64,000 nucleotides of DNA from the NCBI GenBank assembly GCA_963665665.1, contig OY762428.1, positions 448,001-512,000 on the forward strand. The letters are read 5' to 3'. The position numbers were made by a program, and so were the translations under genes. Below are positions 10,819 through 21,223 of the stretch, piece after piece. The notes below the pieces were generated by a model that made no database searches, was not told where the DNA came from, and saw only the letters and a program-made list of their open reading frames with translations. This DNA is from Candidatus Kapaibacterium sp. GTDB taxonomy: Bacteria; Bacteroidota; Ignavibacteria; Kapaibacteriales; UBA2268. Each line of letters opens with the position of its first letter. The first letter of the stretch is position 1.

Positions 10819-10826
10819 TAAATTTG
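10819..10826 (+). promoter_or_regulatory. Bacteroidota-type -7 promoter element upstream of gap
   Basis: TAAATTTG matches TAnnTTTG about 70 nt upstream of the ATG. Confidence 0.4.
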
Positions 10827-10869
10827 ACTAACAATTATATGTTGAAAAACTAATAATTAACAAGTGTAA

Positions 10870-11889
<1,020 letters not shown>

Positions 11890-11905
11890 CTTACAATTGA
11901 GCTTT

Positions 11906-11936
11906 AAGGCTGTATCGAAAATACAGCCTTTTTTTT
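11906..11936 (+). terminator. Intrinsic terminator between gap and pgk
   Basis: AAGGCTGTAT-cgaaa-ATACAGCCTT followed by a T-run. Confidence 0.8.
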
Positions 11937-12067
11937 CTTTTCAGGCAAAATTGAACTTTTTCTATCAGAAATTAATTCTTATCTTGGATAGAATTTTTAT
12001 TTGGATTAGAATATTACATTCAAGTAGTATATAACATAAGTGATATTAACAGAATTAAAGGTTTGAT

Positions 12068-13261
12068 ATGTTACATTCAATGGATGATGTAAACTTTAAA
12101 TTCAAACATGTTTTGGTCAGGGTTGACTTCAATGTCCCCCTTGATTCTAAACAAAATATTACCGACGACATGAGGATAATTGAATCCCTGCCAACAATAG
12201 ACCAGATAATCGACGATGGCGGAATACCGATCGTTCTTTCACACCTTGGAAGGCCTAAAGGCAAGATAAACAGCAAATATTCTCTTGACACAGTTGCCCA
12301 CTACCTTCAGAAAAAATTCGGCTATGATGTGATATTCTCGCAGGACTGCAGGGGAAACAAACCACAAAGAGCCGTAAACAATGCAAAGCCGGGCGACATC
12401 GTTCTTCTTGAAAACCTTCGATTCTATGAAGGAGAAACAGCTAATGATCCGGAATTTGCAGCTGAACTGGCAGAACTTGGTGATGCCTATGTAAACGATG
12501 CTTTCGGTACTGTCCATCGCGCTCATGCCAGTATCCATGCTTTGCCAAAACTATTCCCCGGAAAATCCTATGCGGGTAAATCGCTTGTTTACGAGATCGA
12601 ATACCTTAATAACGCACTTACCGAACCGAGAAGCCCGTATATCGCAGTTATTGGCGGGGCCAAGATATCAGGCAAAATTGAAGTTATTCGGTCATTGATC
12701 AATCAGTGCGATACCGTTATCATTGGCGGCGGTATGATGTTCAATTTCCTGAAAGCTAAAGGATATAATATAGGCCGCTCGATATTCGAGGAAGATAAAA
12801 TCGAACTTGCAGCAGACCTGATTAAATTTGCCGAAAAAAAAGGCGTTAAACTTTTATTGCCGGAAGATGTTGTTGTAGCTGACAGGTTCTCTGATGATTC
12901 TGACAGGAATGACGTTCCTTCCGACAAAATCCCATCCGACTGGATAGGAATGGATATTGGTCCGAAAACTCAGGAATTATACAGGAAAGAAATACTCGGG
13001 GCTAAAACAATTGTTTGGAACGGCCCTATGGGAGTATTTGAAATGCCGAGATTTGCTCGCGGTACCAGGGCTGTTGCAAACTCGCTTGCTAATGTTACCG
13101 CTAAAGGGGCTACAACAATTCTTGGCGGAGGCGATTCGGCAGCAGCTATGAGCCAAATGCACCTTATCAACAAAGTAACTCATGTTACTCCGGGCGGCGG
13201 AGCATGGCTTAAATATATGGAAGGCGGAGAACTTCCGGGGATATCATCGCTTGTTATATAG
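12068..13261 (+). CDS. pgk: Phosphoglycerate kinase
   Basis: [58 protein letters not shown]; atypical C-terminal [12 protein letters not shown]. Confidence 0.93.
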   Translation: MLHSMDDVNFKFKHVLVRVDFNVPLDSKQNITDDMRIIESLPTIDQIIDDGGIPIVLSHLGRPKGKINSKYSLDTVAHYLQKKFGYDVIFSQDCRGNKPQRAVNNAKPGDIVLLENLRFYEGETANDPEFAAELAELGDAYVNDAFGTVHRAHASIHALPKLFPGKSYAGKSLVYEIEYLNNALTEPRSPYIAVIGGAKISGKIEVIRSLINQCDTVIIGGGMMFNFLKAKGYNIGRSIFEEDKIELAADLIKFAEKKGVKLLLPEDVVVADRFSDDSDRNDVPSDKIPSDWIGMDIGPKTQELYRKEILGAKTIVWNGPMGVFEMPRFARGTRAVANSLANVTAKGATTILGGGDSAAAMSQMHLINKVTHVTPGGGAWLKYMEGGELPGISSLVI

Positions 13262-13291
13262 TTTTTCCCGGTGAAATTAAATTATTTCTGT

Positions 13292-13317
13292 GGCGGTCAT
13301 TATTATGATCGCCTTTT
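13292..13317 (+). terminator. Probable terminator after pgk
   Basis: GGCGGTCAT-tatt-ATGATCGCC followed by TTTT. Confidence 0.6.
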
Positions 13318-13519
13318 ATATTTTCAAACATTTCTTAACAAGGTGTGAAACTTTTTATTAACTACCGGGCTATCAGAACCTTTCAATTAAAACATGATAC
13401 TATAAAATAGAATTCCAGGCATTTTTTTTTGTTCACCGGTTTCTGAATATGATTTATTCATCACAAATGATGCCTGCTGCACCCCGGCTGAATGAAATTT
13501 CGGCACAAAAGATTATTCC

Positions 13520-13811
13520 GAAAGCTCGGGGGAACGCTCAGAAAGCTCAAGGGAACGCTCGGAAAGCTCGGGGGAACGCTCGGAAAGCTCGGGGGAACGC
13601 TCGGAAAGCTCGGGGGAATGCTCGGAAAGCACGGGGGAACGCTCGGAAAGCTCGGGGGAACGCTCGGAAAGCTCGAGGGAATGCTCGGAAAGCTCAAGGG
13701 AACGCTCGGGAAGCTCGGGGGAACGCTCGGAAAGCTCAAGGGAACGCTCGGGAAGCTCGGGGGAACGCTCGGAAAGCTCAAGGGAACGCTCGGGAAGCTC
13801 GGGGGAATGCT
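13520..13811. repeat. 21-bp tandem repeat, about 14 copies (consensus GAAAGCTCGGGGGAACGCTCG)
   Basis: Directly visible, with no spacers. The last six units alternate as a 42-bp higher-order repeat. Confidence 0.95.
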
Positions 13812-14008
13812 ATGATGACATGAATCAAGGCTGATATCGCTTGGAATATTGGCAATTAAAAAAACAACATTCTTATCTGAAAGAAAAAGAATATCTAAAA
13901 AAACCAGGATAGTCCTTATTTTGCGCCGAAGCAGCCCGGATTATATATACAAGGAACATACTACACCCAACCATCTGTAAGGGATGTATTATGAATAGCA
14001 AAGAAATC

Positions 14009-14183
14009 GGGGATGTATCATTTTTCTGAATTTTTACGATTTGTAATTCCCCGAGAAAGCTCCGATAAATCGGGACAAGCTGAGGGCAGGCGAAAGCGTT
14101 GTGAAAAATCCGGTATTCATGCTGGTTCTGGATTCTTCGCTGCCCTCAGAGTGACAATATTGGCCGCTTATGAGAAATCCCCT
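14009..14183. mobile_element. REP/MITE-like palindromic element (GTCATTCTGAG...CTCAGAATGAC type), degenerate
   Basis: CTGAGGGCAG..GTGAAAAATCC pairs with GGATTCTTCGCTGCCCTCAG. Inner ends TTGTAATTC/GAGTGACAA; outer imperfect IR GGGGATGTATCAT/ATGAGAAATCCCC. Confidence 0.65.
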
Positions 14184-14196
14184 TTTTTGTCTCCTG

Positions 14197-16617
14197 TTAT
14201 TCTCCGCCCTTGACAAATTTCTTTGTCAGCATGTAGCCGTCGGACGTTAGTTTTATAAAATATACACCCATTGGAAATCCTGCCATATCAATAGTAAATT
14301 TAGACGTTGAACCGTCGTTATTGCGGTTGGCCTCAAAAGAGTAATCTGCTTTTTCCGTTCCGTAAATATCAATTAATTTCACTGATAATTCTTTACCTTC
14401 GACTGAATACAGGCCGTATAGCTTAACATTTGCCGTATTTGTAACGGGATGCGGATTTATATCAATATGGAAATAACGGTTGTATTTATATTCGGCGGCG
14501 TATTCCTCCACCCCTACCTGGTGTTCAGGAATACCCTTAACTATCCTGCCGGCTCCGCTTATGTATATGCAGCCGTCCTTGCCCATTACCATTTTCCTCA
14601 GGGAGCCGCCTACATCGGCTCTGAAACCGGCATAGTTCAGATCAACTTCTTCCCAGCTTTGCCCCTCGTCAGTAGTGAATGCAATATTATTCCGTCCGTC
14701 GGTAATCAATATACGCCCGTCTTCAAGGCCAAGCATGTCTCCTACATTCTTGTATGGCGAGGGAATATGATCCCATGTTGTTCCCTCGTCGGTCGATCTT
14801 AAAATACCGAGGCTGTCTCCGCCTGTTAAGTATATATTCCCATTAATATATTCAATTCCCCCGTAATAGGCATCCCTGCTATCAAGCGCATAAACGGAAT
14901 CATAGCTTTCTCCCCTGTTGTCAATCCGAAAAATCCTGAATACTGTTTTAATCCCGTAGGGGAAATTAACAGTATCATCGGTTTTAACTCTGTTCTCTTC
15001 GCTGAAAATATAAGCGCTTTCGCCGGAAACAAGGGCGGCAGATTTGATCACCCCTTTTATATAATCCAGGGTATCATGCACCCAACTTCCCCCGCCATCG
15101 CTGCTCCTTACGGCTTCATTTATCCAGACAACAGAAGAATACAAATTACCGGATAGAACAAGGAAATTCTCATTATCAAATGCAAGGAATTCCATACCGC
15201 CGCAAACGTCCGTATTCGTCCAGTTTTTACCACCGTCGCTTGTTTCAATACTTAGATAATATGGCCAATATGGATTTTGATTTGCACTCCTGTTACCAAA
15301 CAAAAAGCCTTCTTTACTATTCTTAAAATATCCGCATGTCATATCTGATTCTGAAATCCCTGCTATTTGAAACCAGTATTCCTGTTCTTCCTCCGAAAGT
15401 GAATCATTCCAGCCGATATTGGGATATGCCTGATCCCAGCTTGCCCCGGCATCGTCGCTCCGGAATACTGCCGCGCCGTCAATCCTTAAAGCCAGCAGTG
15501 TTGAATCGGATGCCGGTATTAAATCAATTAATACTTTTTCACTTTGCCAGGTTAAATAAAAAGTATAGCAATAGCGGTTAATATCAAAATTCTCCCCGCT
15601 GTCGTTGCTGAATGATATCATCCTGAATAATTGCAGAGCGGCAATGTTATTTTCGTCATAAGCAGAAAAATCTAAAAATGACTGACCGTAAGGGCTATAT
15701 GAATAGATTGAATACTTGTCCATAAAAGCAGTATCCGGCCTGTATGTTTTAAAATTGTCTTCGGTTCTAATTAAATGCCCCAATCCCAGCCCCAAAAGAA
15801 TTGTATCAGAGTTAAACGTAATTAAACAGGACACCCTTGATATCCTACAGATTTCCGGGTCCAATTCTGTAATTTTCCAGCTTTCGCCCCCGTCGAGAGT
15901 TCTCGCAATATAAGTAGAATAAGTTGCTGAATTAGTATCAGAATAAGCTATTGTACCGTTTCTTCCGTCGGAAAAATCCATGGCTGTATATAAATGACCG
16001 TTATTATAACTGTTTGTATCATTATAAACAATGCTCCAGTTTTTTCCGCCGTCGCTGCTTTTGCTTAGTAGCCCCAGGGTAGTAAGGTGATAAATATAAT
16101 TTGTTTCGGGGGCATCAATGTCAACTGTTTCAATATCCCCGAAATCAATTTTTTCCTGCCAGCTATTGCCCATATCGCTGCTTTTGTATAATTTTCCGGC
16201 ATCGCTTGCAATATAGGTTTCTTCGGGCGAAGCATTTGCCATGCAGGAAAACGAAGAACTTCCGAAGCCGGCTGCCGCCCAGTTTTTGCCGCCGTCCGTT
16301 GTTGTTTCTATCATTCCATTGTCCCCGGCAATCACCCAGTTATTAAAATCATAATAAACAATACTGCTGATATTTTCGCGCGTACCGGTTTCAATATATC
16401 TCCACTTTTCTCCCCGGTTCTCGGTTATCATCAGGTAGCCGTTATTGCCGGAAACAAGGCATGTAAGCGAATCCATAAGCTTTATATCGCTGTAGTATGG
16501 TATCATGTTCTGCCATACATAGCCGCCGCCCTTATAATCGAGGGATTTTGACGTTGTAGGGCTGAATATCTGAACTAAAAATATTAATGATGCTATAATA
16601 TATATTTTCCGGCTCAT
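14197..16617 (-). CDS. Secreted BNR/Asp-box (YCF48-like) beta-propeller protein with T9SS type A sorting domain, copy A
   Basis: Signal peptide, many S/T-x-D-G-G-x-x-W Asp-boxes, C-terminal PHPVTN...GVYFIKL...KKFVK. Confidence 0.9.
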   Translation of the reverse strand: MSRKIYIIASLIFLVQIFSPTTSKSLDYKGGGYVWQNMIPYYSDIKLMDSLTCLVSGNNGYLMITENRGEKWRYIETGTRENISSIVYYDFNNWVIAGDNGMIETTTDGGKNWAAAGFGSSSFSCMANASPEETYIASDAGKLYKSSDMGNSWQEKIDFGDIETVDIDAPETNYIYHLTTLGLLSKSSDGGKNWSIVYNDTNSYNNGHLYTAMDFSDGRNGTIAYSDTNSATYSTYIARTLDGGESWKITELDPEICRISRVSCLITFNSDTILLGLGLGHLIRTEDNFKTYRPDTAFMDKYSIYSYSPYGQSFLDFSAYDENNIAALQLFRMISFSNDSGENFDINRYCYTFYLTWQSEKVLIDLIPASDSTLLALRIDGAAVFRSDDAGASWDQAYPNIGWNDSLSEEEQEYWFQIAGISESDMTCGYFKNSKEGFLFGNRSANQNPYWPYYLSIETSDGGKNWTNTDVCGGMEFLAFDNENFLVLSGNLYSSVVWINEAVRSSDGGGSWVHDTLDYIKGVIKSAALVSGESAYIFSEENRVKTDDTVNFPYGIKTVFRIFRIDNRGESYDSVYALDSRDAYYGGIEYINGNIYLTGGDSLGILRSTDEGTTWDHIPSPYKNVGDMLGLEDGRILITDGRNNIAFTTDEGQSWEEVDLNYAGFRADVGGSLRKMVMGKDGCIYISGAGRIVKGIPEHQVGVEEYAAEYKYNRYFHIDINPHPVTNTANVKLYGLYSVEGKELSVKLIDIYGTEKADYSFEANRNNDGSTSKFTIDMAGFPMGVYFIKLTSDGYMLTKKFVKGGE

Positions 16618-16679
16618 TTTTTTTCCTCTTGGAATTATATTAAAAATTTCTATTTTTGTTCAGGCGTTTTTAAAAGCCC

Positions 16680-16706
16680 GGGGGACTTCCCGAAGGACAA
16701 TCCCCC
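16680..16706 (-). terminator. Intergenic UUCG-loop hairpin between the Cys-rich gene and the propeller gene (copy A)
   Basis: Minus strand reads GGGGGATTGTCC-TTCG-GGAAGTCCCCC with a weak T-tail; partial terminator or mRNA stabiliser. Confidence 0.5.
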
Positions 16707-16754
16707 GTTACCAGTCATGCAGAGTCTGTAAATGTGCTTTTAATTGCGCCTTTT

Positions 16755-17342
16755 TTAATTGCACTCAGAGTGACATCCAGTATCACAATCATCACCGATT
16801 ACAGATTTACCAATCGGAATAGCTGTTTTATTCCCGTTACCGTCGCAACAAACTTCTAATTCTGTTCTGCAATATGAATTCCCGCCACTACATGGTGTAC
16901 CATTATTATCATCCCAACAGTTATCATAATAAAAGCGATAATTTGGTTCTGTTGTAGGGCAGGGTGGGCATGGCCACTGATTGTTATCCGGATTCTGTTC
17001 AATCAATGCATAAGCGGCAAGTTCTAATAATTCAGGCCCGCTGGGGGGTGGTTGAATCTGGTTAAAACAAGTAATATCAACAGGCCCTACAAGCCACACG
17101 TAAACTTCAATCATTGGCTCCACGTCGCCAATATTACGCCAGCAATACCCCACTTTGTAATCACATGTAATACCGTTAACAGTTATAGAAACAATTGTTC
17201 CCCCTCCGTCTATCCAGGGAATATTCGGAGGTATAGCTCCGTCCGGCGGACAACCCTGTTGCGCCAGGGCATTCTGATTCATGCTGAAAAATGAAACCAA
17301 AAGAACTGCAAACAAAAGGATAAAACTTCTGCCTTTTTTCAT
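16755..17342 (-). CDS. Secreted cysteine-rich protein (14 Cys), copy A
   Basis: SPI-type signal (..NALA/QQ), 14 Cys including CPPC and CC. GGAG RBS upstream of ATG 17342 (the ORF track uses TTG 17354). Confidence 0.88.
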   Translation of the reverse strand: MKKGRSFILLFAVLLVSFFSMNQNALAQQGCPPDGAIPPNIPWIDGGGTIVSITVNGITCDYKVGYCWRNIGDVEPMIEVYVWLVGPVDITCFNQIQPPPSGPELLELAAYALIEQNPDNNQWPCPPCPTTEPNYRFYYDNCWDDNNGTPCSGGNSYCRTELEVCCDGNGNKTAIPIGKSVIGDDCDTGCHSECN

Positions 17343-17468
17343 GATAAACTCCAAAATTAATTAAATAAGAATAATTAATGATTTAACATCCTATGTTAAA
17401 CCTGATATTTAAATTTTATACCAAATATGTTTCAAACATAATATCTTATTTATAACTGTGTTTAATTA

Positions 17469-19844
17469 TCATTCCTTCACAAACTTACCCTTCAAAGTAG
17501 CGCCGCCGCTGCTGATGGACACAACATAAGCCCCGGCTGGGAGCATGGAAATATCAAGTTTTATTTCACCCCCGGAAATTATATATGCTGTTTGGCTAAG
17601 AACGATATTCCCTTCCATATCAGTAATGCTGATTTCAGCAATGCCGTCTATTTCATTTCCCGGCCGGATTGATATTGAATTTGCTGCGGGGTTGGGGAAG
17701 ACGTAGATTAACGATGCCTGATTTTTAAATTCTTCCACCCCTACCTGGTGTTCAGGAATACCTTTAACTATCCTGCCGGCTCCGCTTATGTATATGCAGC
17801 CGTCCTTGCCCATTACCATTTTCCTCAGGGAACCGCCTACATCGGCTCTGAAACCGGCATAGTTCAGATCAACTTCTTCCCAGCTTTGCCCCTCATCAGT
17901 AGTGAATGCAATATTATTCCGGCCGTCTGTAATCAATATACGCCCGTCTTCAAGGCCGAGCATGTCTCCTACATTCCTGTATGGCGAGGGAATATGATCC
18001 CATGTTGTTCCCTCGTCAGTCGATCTTAAAATACCGAGGCTGTCTCCGCCTGTTAAGTATATATTCCCATTAATATATTCAATTCCCCCGTAATAGGCAT
18101 CCCTGCTATCAAGCGCATAAACGGAATCATAGCTTTCTCCCCTGTTATCAGTCCGGAAAATCCTGAATACTGTTTTAATCCCGTAGGGGAAATTAACAGT
18201 ATCATCGGTTTTAACTCTGTTCTCTTCGCTGTAAATATAAGCGCTTTCGCCGGAAACAAGGGCGGCAGATTCGATCACCCCTTTTATATAATCCAGGGTA
18301 TCATGCACCCAGCTCCCCCCGCCGTCGCTGCTCCTTACGGCTTCATTTATCCAGCCAACAGAAGAATACAAACTGCCGGATAGAACAAGGAAATTCTCAT
18401 TGTCGAAAGCAAGGAATTCCATACCGCCGCAAATGTCCGTATTCGTCCAGTTTTTACCACCATCGCTTGTTTCAATACTTAAATAATATGACCAATATGC
18501 CGACTGAGAGCAACTCCTGTTACCAAATATAAAACCTTCTTTACTATTCTTAAAATATCCGCAAGTCATATCTGATTCTGAATTGCCCGCAATAGTTACC
18601 CAAAAATCCTGTTCTTCTTCCGAAAGTGAATCATTCCAGCCGATATTGGGATAAGCCTGGTCCCAGCTTGCCCCGGCATCGTCGCTCCTGAATACAGCAG
18701 CCCCGTCAATCCTTAAAGCCAGCAGTGTTGAATCGGATGCCGGAATAAAATCAATTAATACTTTCTCTCTTTGCGCTGTTAAATAAAAAGTATTGCAATA
18801 TCGGTTAATATCAAAATTCTCCCCGCCGTCGTTGCTGAATGATATCATCCTGTTTAATTGCAGAGCGGCAATGTTATTTTCGTCATAAGCAGAAAAATCT
18901 AAAAATAACCGGCCGTAACCGTTATAAGAATAAATTGAATACTTGTCCATAAATGATGTATCCGGCCTATATGTTTTAAAATTGTCATCGGTTCTAATTA
19001 AATGCCCTGCATTTTGACCCAATAAAATATTATCATTATCAAATGTTATTATACATCTTGTCATATAAGGTTTGTAGATTTTCGGGTCCAATGCTATAAT
19101 TTGCCAGCTTTCACCCCCGTCGAGCGTTCTCGCAATATAATCAGTAAAAGTAGCAGAATTAGTATCAGCAAAAGCTATTGTACCATTATTACCATCAGAA
19201 AAATCCATGGCTGTATATAAATGACCGTTCTTATAACTATTTGTATCATTATAAACAATGCTCCAGTTTTTTCCGCCGTCGCTGCTTTTGCTTAGTTGCC
19301 CCAGGGTAGTAAGGTGGTAAATATAATTTGTTTCGGGGGCATCAATGTCAACTGTTTCAATATCCCCGAAATCAATTTTTTCCTGCCAGTTATTGCCCAT
19401 ATCACTGCTTTTGTATAATTTTCCGGCATCGCTTGCAATATAGGTTTCTTCGGGTGAAGCATTTGCCATGCAGGAAAACGAAGAACTTCCGAAGCCGGCT
19501 GCCGCCCAGTTTTTTCCACCGTCCGTAGTTGTTTCTATCATTCCATTGTCCCCGGCAATCACCCAGTTATTAAAATCATAATAAACAATACTGCTGATAT
19601 TTTCGCGCGTACCGGTTTCAATATATCTCCATTTTTCTCCCCGATTCTCGGTTATCATCAGGTAGCCGTTATTGCCGGAAACAAGGCATGTAAGCGAATC
19701 CATAAGCTTTATATCGCTGTAGTATGGTATCATGTTCTGCCATACATAGCCGCCGCCTTTGTAATCGAGGGATTTTGACGTTGTAGGGCTGAATATCTGA
19801 ACTAAAAATATTAATGATGCTATAATATATATTTTCCGGCTCAT
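17469..19844 (-). CDS. Secreted BNR/Asp-box beta-propeller protein with T9SS type A sorting domain, copy B
   Basis: As copy A but with a different CTD (VFPNPAANSI...GAYVVSI...KGKFVKE). Confidence 0.9.
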   Translation of the reverse strand: MSRKIYIIASLIFLVQIFSPTTSKSLDYKGGGYVWQNMIPYYSDIKLMDSLTCLVSGNNGYLMITENRGEKWRYIETGTRENISSIVYYDFNNWVIAGDNGMIETTTDGGKNWAAAGFGSSSFSCMANASPEETYIASDAGKLYKSSDMGNNWQEKIDFGDIETVDIDAPETNYIYHLTTLGQLSKSSDGGKNWSIVYNDTNSYKNGHLYTAMDFSDGNNGTIAFADTNSATFTDYIARTLDGGESWQIIALDPKIYKPYMTRCIITFDNDNILLGQNAGHLIRTDDNFKTYRPDTSFMDKYSIYSYNGYGRLFLDFSAYDENNIAALQLNRMISFSNDGGENFDINRYCNTFYLTAQREKVLIDFIPASDSTLLALRIDGAAVFRSDDAGASWDQAYPNIGWNDSLSEEEQDFWVTIAGNSESDMTCGYFKNSKEGFIFGNRSCSQSAYWSYYLSIETSDGGKNWTNTDICGGMEFLAFDNENFLVLSGSLYSSVGWINEAVRSSDGGGSWVHDTLDYIKGVIESAALVSGESAYIYSEENRVKTDDTVNFPYGIKTVFRIFRTDNRGESYDSVYALDSRDAYYGGIEYINGNIYLTGGDSLGILRSTDEGTTWDHIPSPYRNVGDMLGLEDGRILITDGRNNIAFTTDEGQSWEEVDLNYAGFRADVGGSLRKMVMGKDGCIYISGAGRIVKGIPEHQVGVEEFKNQASLIYVFPNPAANSISIRPGNEIDGIAEISITDMEGNIVLSQTAYIISGGEIKLDISMLPAGAYVVSISSGGATLKGKFVKE

Positions 19845-19905
19845 TTTTTTCCTCTTGGAATTATATTAAAAATTTCTATTTTTGTTCAGGCGTTTTTAAA
19901 AGCCT

Positions 19906-19932
19906 GGGGGACTTCCCGAAGGACAATCCCCC
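19906..19932 (-). terminator. Intergenic UUCG-loop hairpin (copy B)
   Basis: Same sequence as 16680-16706. Confidence 0.5.
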
Positions 19933-19981
19933 GTTACCAGTCATGCAAAGTCTGTAAATGTGCTTTTAATTGCGCCTTTTT

Positions 19982-20563
19982 TTAATTACATTGAGGTTCA
20001 CAAGGAGAAACACAATCATCACCGATTACAAAGGAATTCAATGTATTAGTTATTCTATTCCCGTTACCGTCGCAACATACTTCCAGTTCCGTTCTGCAAT
20101 ATGAATTACCACCGGCACAAGGACTTCCGTTATACCAACAGTTATCATAATAAAAGCGATAATTTGGTTCTGTTGTAGGGCAGGGGGGGCATGGCCACTG
20201 ATTGTTATCCGGATTCTGTTTGATCAATGCATAAGCGGCAAGTTTTAATAATTCAGGCCCGCTGGGGGGTGGTTGAATCTGGTTAAAACAATTAATATCA
20301 ATTGGACTGACATCCCATACGTAAACTTCAATCATTGGCTCCACGTCGCCAATATTACGCCAGCAATACCCCACTTTGTAATCACATGTAATACCGTTAA
20401 CAGTTATAGAAACAATTGTTCCCCCTCCGTCTATCCAGGGAATATTCGGTGGGATAGCTCCGTCCGGCGGACAACCCTGTTGCGCCAGGGCATTCTGATT
20501 CATGCTGAAAAATGAAACCAAAAGAACTGCAAACAAAAGGATAAAACTTCTGCCTTTTGTCAT
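19982..20563 (-). CDS. Secreted cysteine-rich protein (14 Cys), copy B
   Basis: Paralog of 16755-17342 with all 14 Cys conserved; AGGAG RBS. Confidence 0.88.
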   Translation of the reverse strand: MTKGRSFILLFAVLLVSFFSMNQNALAQQGCPPDGAIPPNIPWIDGGGTIVSITVNGITCDYKVGYCWRNIGDVEPMIEVYVWDVSPIDINCFNQIQPPPSGPELLKLAAYALIKQNPDNNQWPCPPCPTTEPNYRFYYDNCWYNGSPCAGGNSYCRTELEVCCDGNGNRITNTLNSFVIGDDCVSPCEPQCN

Positions 20564-20640
20564 GGCAAACTCCTGTAAATAATTTGTAAATAACTAACAA
20601 TGCGGCAATATTCCGCATGTAATATTATTTGTATTTAATT

Positions 20641-20874
20641 GTTACTATTCAGTTGAACAATGTAAATTCGATAAAATTGTATGAAGCTGTCATACTGAGC
20701 GACTTGTCCCGAGCACATTATTTTGTATTGACCTATCGGGAAGTGAAGTATCCATTCTTCTACATATTCTGCTATATTATGTGGATTCTTCCCTCACTGC
20801 GCTCGGTCAGAATGACATTTCTCTGCATTTTTTCTTCAATAACAGCAATATATTGTACCCACCTGAGTAGAAAC
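20641..20874. mobile_element. REP/MITE-like palindromic element
   Basis: Core TGTCATACTGAGCGA...GAAGTATCC / GGATTCTTC...TCAGAATGACA (20688-20817); outer imperfect IR GTTACTATTCAGTTG/CACCTGAGTAGAAAC. Flanks resemble 44918-45120. Confidence 0.7.
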
Positions 20875-21071
20875 ATTTATTTTAGTATTTAATCAATTAC
20901 AATTAGCATTATTAAATTTTTCCTCCCAACTCCCTATCTTGTCTAAACCGGCATTCAGGGGAAGTATTTTCTCATCATTAATTTAACGTACAAAGTAAAA
21001 AAAAAAAATGAAAATTACAAGTAAAAATGAAAAAGAATATTTATACACGATACAATCCGTCATTGTATTTC

Positions 21072-21183
21072 CTCCTTCCAAGATTGCACTTTGGAAGTTC
21101 ATTTTCCATAAAGTTTCACTTTAGATTTCCTGAAGCAAAGCTTTTGTTGAAAACAGCATTACGAAGTGCAACTTCGTAATGAG
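21072..21183. repeat. Multi-hairpin REP-like element of a second type
   Basis: Hairpins CTTCCAAG..TTTGGAAG, TAAAG..CTTTA, GAAGC..GCTTT and CATTACGAAG-TGCAA-CTTCGTAATG; the first and last loops (TTGCAC/GTGCAA) are mutually complementary. Confidence 0.55.
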
Positions 21184-21223
21184 CTGCCTGTAAAAGTTTA
21201 TACTGATTACTTTTATTATTCTT

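Larger units (their letters stand above)
14502..20563. repeat. Tandem duplication of a ~2.8-kb two-gene unit (about 14502-17342 vs 17729-20563; offset 3227/3221 bp)
   Basis: Long stretches of identical DNA including the intergenic spacer. Homology ends at the start codon of the Cys-rich gene and at the HQVGVEE codons of the propeller gene. Confidence 0.92.

Noticed and set aside
13520-13811. Possible CRISPR array
   Set aside because: Units are contiguous with no unique spacers, and no cas genes are in the window.
13449-13823. ORFs 13449-13823, 13492-13815 and 13461-13781 as real CDSs
   Set aside because: Their length is explained by a stop-free repeat unit; no convincing RBS or independent coding evidence.
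14013-14216. Short ORFs overlapping REP/MITE elements (also 20629-20892)
   Set aside because: They translate the palindromic element itself (VILS...RMT-type peptides).
14197-20563. Diversity-generating retroelement (TR/VR pair)
   Set aside because: Differences are not adenine-specific, include synonymous changes and an indel, span about 3 kb of two intact genes, and no reverse transcriptase is in the window.
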